Below are positions 33,790 through 35,649 of a DNA stretch of 35,649 bases, piece after piece. Numbering within the stretch: the stretch's first letter is position 1; every line of letters begins with the position of its first letter. The translations under genes and the position numbers were made by a program. Origin of the DNA: Octopus bimaculoides (taxonomy: Eukaryota); contig NC_068989.1 in the NCBI RefSeq assembly GCF_001194135.2, positions 79,198,901 through 79,234,549 on the forward strand. The letters run 5' to 3'. The notes under the pieces were generated by a model. That model worked only from the letters and a program-made list of their open reading frames with translations, was not told where the DNA came from and made no database searches.

Positions 33790-34030
33790 TGGAGAAGACC
33801 TATCAAGTCAAGTGTCGTGGCCAGTGCTGGTGTTACGTAACTGCCACCCATGCCGGCGGCATGTAAAAAGCACTCACTACACTCTTGGAATGGTTGGCAT
33901 TAGGAAGGGCATCCAGCTGTAGAAACTGTGCCAAATCAGGTTGGAATTTGGTGCAGCTCCCCAGCTTACCAGTTTTCAGTCAAACCATCCAGCCCATCCC
34001 AGCTTGGAAAACATGCATTAAATGATGAAT
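33790..34030 (+). mobile_element. RTE LINE 3' UTR fragment
   Basis: GGCATGTAAAAAGCAC...AGGAAGGGCATCCAGCTGTAGAAAC core. Confidence 0.75.
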
Positions 34031-34411
34031 GAATAATAGTTTCCTTGTGATTCTGTAGCTTTGGTAATTAACAATTATATTCTGTAACTTGATTTAGAAA
34101 ACATGGTACACAGATAAAGTATATGTAACGTGTCCCATAACCCCTTGAAGACCTTGTTTCTATGGAAGTTAACAGGACTTGTCTTTCTCCAAGCTGCAAT
34201 CATAAGAAGTCTGTGAATCAGTGTGGTAAACTAAGGCATCACTTAGTGATTAAGAAGCTTGCTTTTCAACCATGTGGTTCCATGGTTAGGGTTCAAACCC
34301 ACTGTGCAGTGCCTTGGACAAATGTCTTCTATTGTAGCCCTGAGCTGATCAATGTTTTGCAAGTGAATTTGTAGATGGAAACTGTTTAGAAGCCTACTGT
34401 GTGTGTGTATG

Positions 34412-34451
<40 letters not shown>

Positions 34452-34465
34452 TATATTTATGTGAA

Positions 34466-34800
34466 GGTGCATGGCTCAGTGGTTAGAGTGTCAGGCTTAC
34501 GATCGCAAGGTTGTGAGTTCGAATCCCGGACCGGGCTGTGTGTTGTGTTCTTGAGCAAGACGCTTTATTTCACGTTGCTCCAGTTCACTCAGCTGTAGAA
34601 ATGAGTTGCGACATCACAGATGCCAAGCTGTATCGGCCCCTTTGCCTTTCCCTTGGATAACACTGGTGGCGTGGAGAGGGGAGACCGGTATGCATGGGCG
34701 ACTGCTGGTCTTCCATAAACAACCTTGCCCGGGCTTGTGCCTGGGAGGGTAGCTTTCTAGGTGCAATCCCATGGTCAGTCATGACCGACGGGGGTTTCAG
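34466..34800 (+). mobile_element. tRNA-headed SINE family C with intact Pol III boxes
   Basis: A box TGGCTCAGTGG (34472-34482), B box GTTCGAATCC (34517-34526), CTTGAGCAAG core-like motif; embedded in TA/TG microsatellite. Confidence 0.8.
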
Positions 34801-34804
34801 CAAT

Positions 34805-34818
34805 ATACATTTATATGT

Positions 34819-34886
<68 letters not shown>

Positions 34887-34968
34887 ATATATATATATGT
34901 GTGTGTGTGTATATATATATATGTGTGTGTGTGTGTATATATATATATGTATATGTTTGTGTGTGATA
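34805..34968. repeat. Compound (TA)n/(TG)n microsatellite
   Basis: Seen directly. Other long (TA)n runs at 1-24, 7147-7182, 21470-21510, 27399-27426 and 34400-34460. Confidence 0.95.
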
Positions 34969-35249
34969 GAGTTTAAGGTTGCCCTCCCCACATCATTTAA
35001 CAACTGGTATTGGTTTGTCTCCCATAACCTAGAAGTTTGGCAAAAGAACCTGATACAGTAGATACTAGGCTTTAAAAATATATATACTGTAGTCAATCCT
35101 TTGAAGCACTGCTCCAGCATGGCCAGAGTTCAATGGCTGAAACAAGTAAAAGATAAATGATCTAATAATGTCTCCTGGATTTTACTATTTGCATTGGTTA
35201 TTGCTGACATGGATCCATTTTCCCTGGACTCCGGATTTTCCCAGCACTG

Positions 35250-35649
35250 ATGCTGGTGTTGGTGTCACTTAAAAAGTACTGGGTATGGTGCCATGTAAAA
35301 AGCCCCNNNNNNNNNNCCCCCCCCCCCAGTGCTCTCTTTAAAGTGGTTGGTGTTAGGAAAGACATCCAGCTGTAGAAACCATGCCTAAACAGACTGGAAC
35401 CTGGTGTGGCTTCTGGCCTTACCAGCTTCTGTCAAACAGTCCAACCCATGCCAGTATGGAAAATGGACATTAAATGATGGCTTCTGGCTTTACGAGCTTC
35501 TGTCAAACAGTCCAACCCATGACAGTATGGAAAATGGACATTAAATGATGGTGGTGTGGCTTCTGGCTTTACGAGCTTCTGTCAAACAGTCCAACCCATG
35601 ACAGTATGGAAAATGGACATTAAATGATGGTGGTGTGGCTTCTGGCTTT
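35250..35649 (+). mobile_element. RTE LINE 3' UTR with tandemly reiterated terminus
   Basis: TGGCTTCTGGC restarts at 35407, 35478, 35557 and 35636. Confidence 0.8.

Noticed and set aside
34466-34540. tRNA-like sequence with a TAC anticodon-like loop
   Set aside because: The anticodon and acceptor stems do not pair, and the sequence continues into a SINE body.

Overview
Eukaryotic, AT-rich and repeat-dense genomic DNA. The repeat landscape resembles what I recall from Octopus genomes (recognition from memory, no database search). The window holds the 5' part of one + strand gene, most likely CDK11 (PITSLRE): a CpG-containing promoter near 580-790, a probable non-coding exon ending at 790, and three phase-compatible coding exons (5690-5871, 7494-7636, 14229-14373). 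The next exon was not found, so it is probably beyond the window. The rest is intron filled with RTE-type LINE 3' ends, three tRNA-headed SINE families, Helentron-type non-autonomous elements, MITEs, a mariner transposase remnant and microsatellites. Most entries in the ORF track are chance ORFs in repeats or artefacts of N gaps. The most interesting unexplained signals are: minimal type I hammerhead-ribozyme-like motifs sense to the pre-mRNA (8452-8487, 27263-27297, weaker at 25853-25918); a 152-bp tandem and inverted array; a perfect 36-bp-arm palindrome; a modular, hairpin-rich LINE 3' UTR; and several fold-backs that could form dsRNA. There is no CRISPR array, rRNA or true tRNA. Repeat boundaries are approximate, and several older degenerate fragments are not listed individually.
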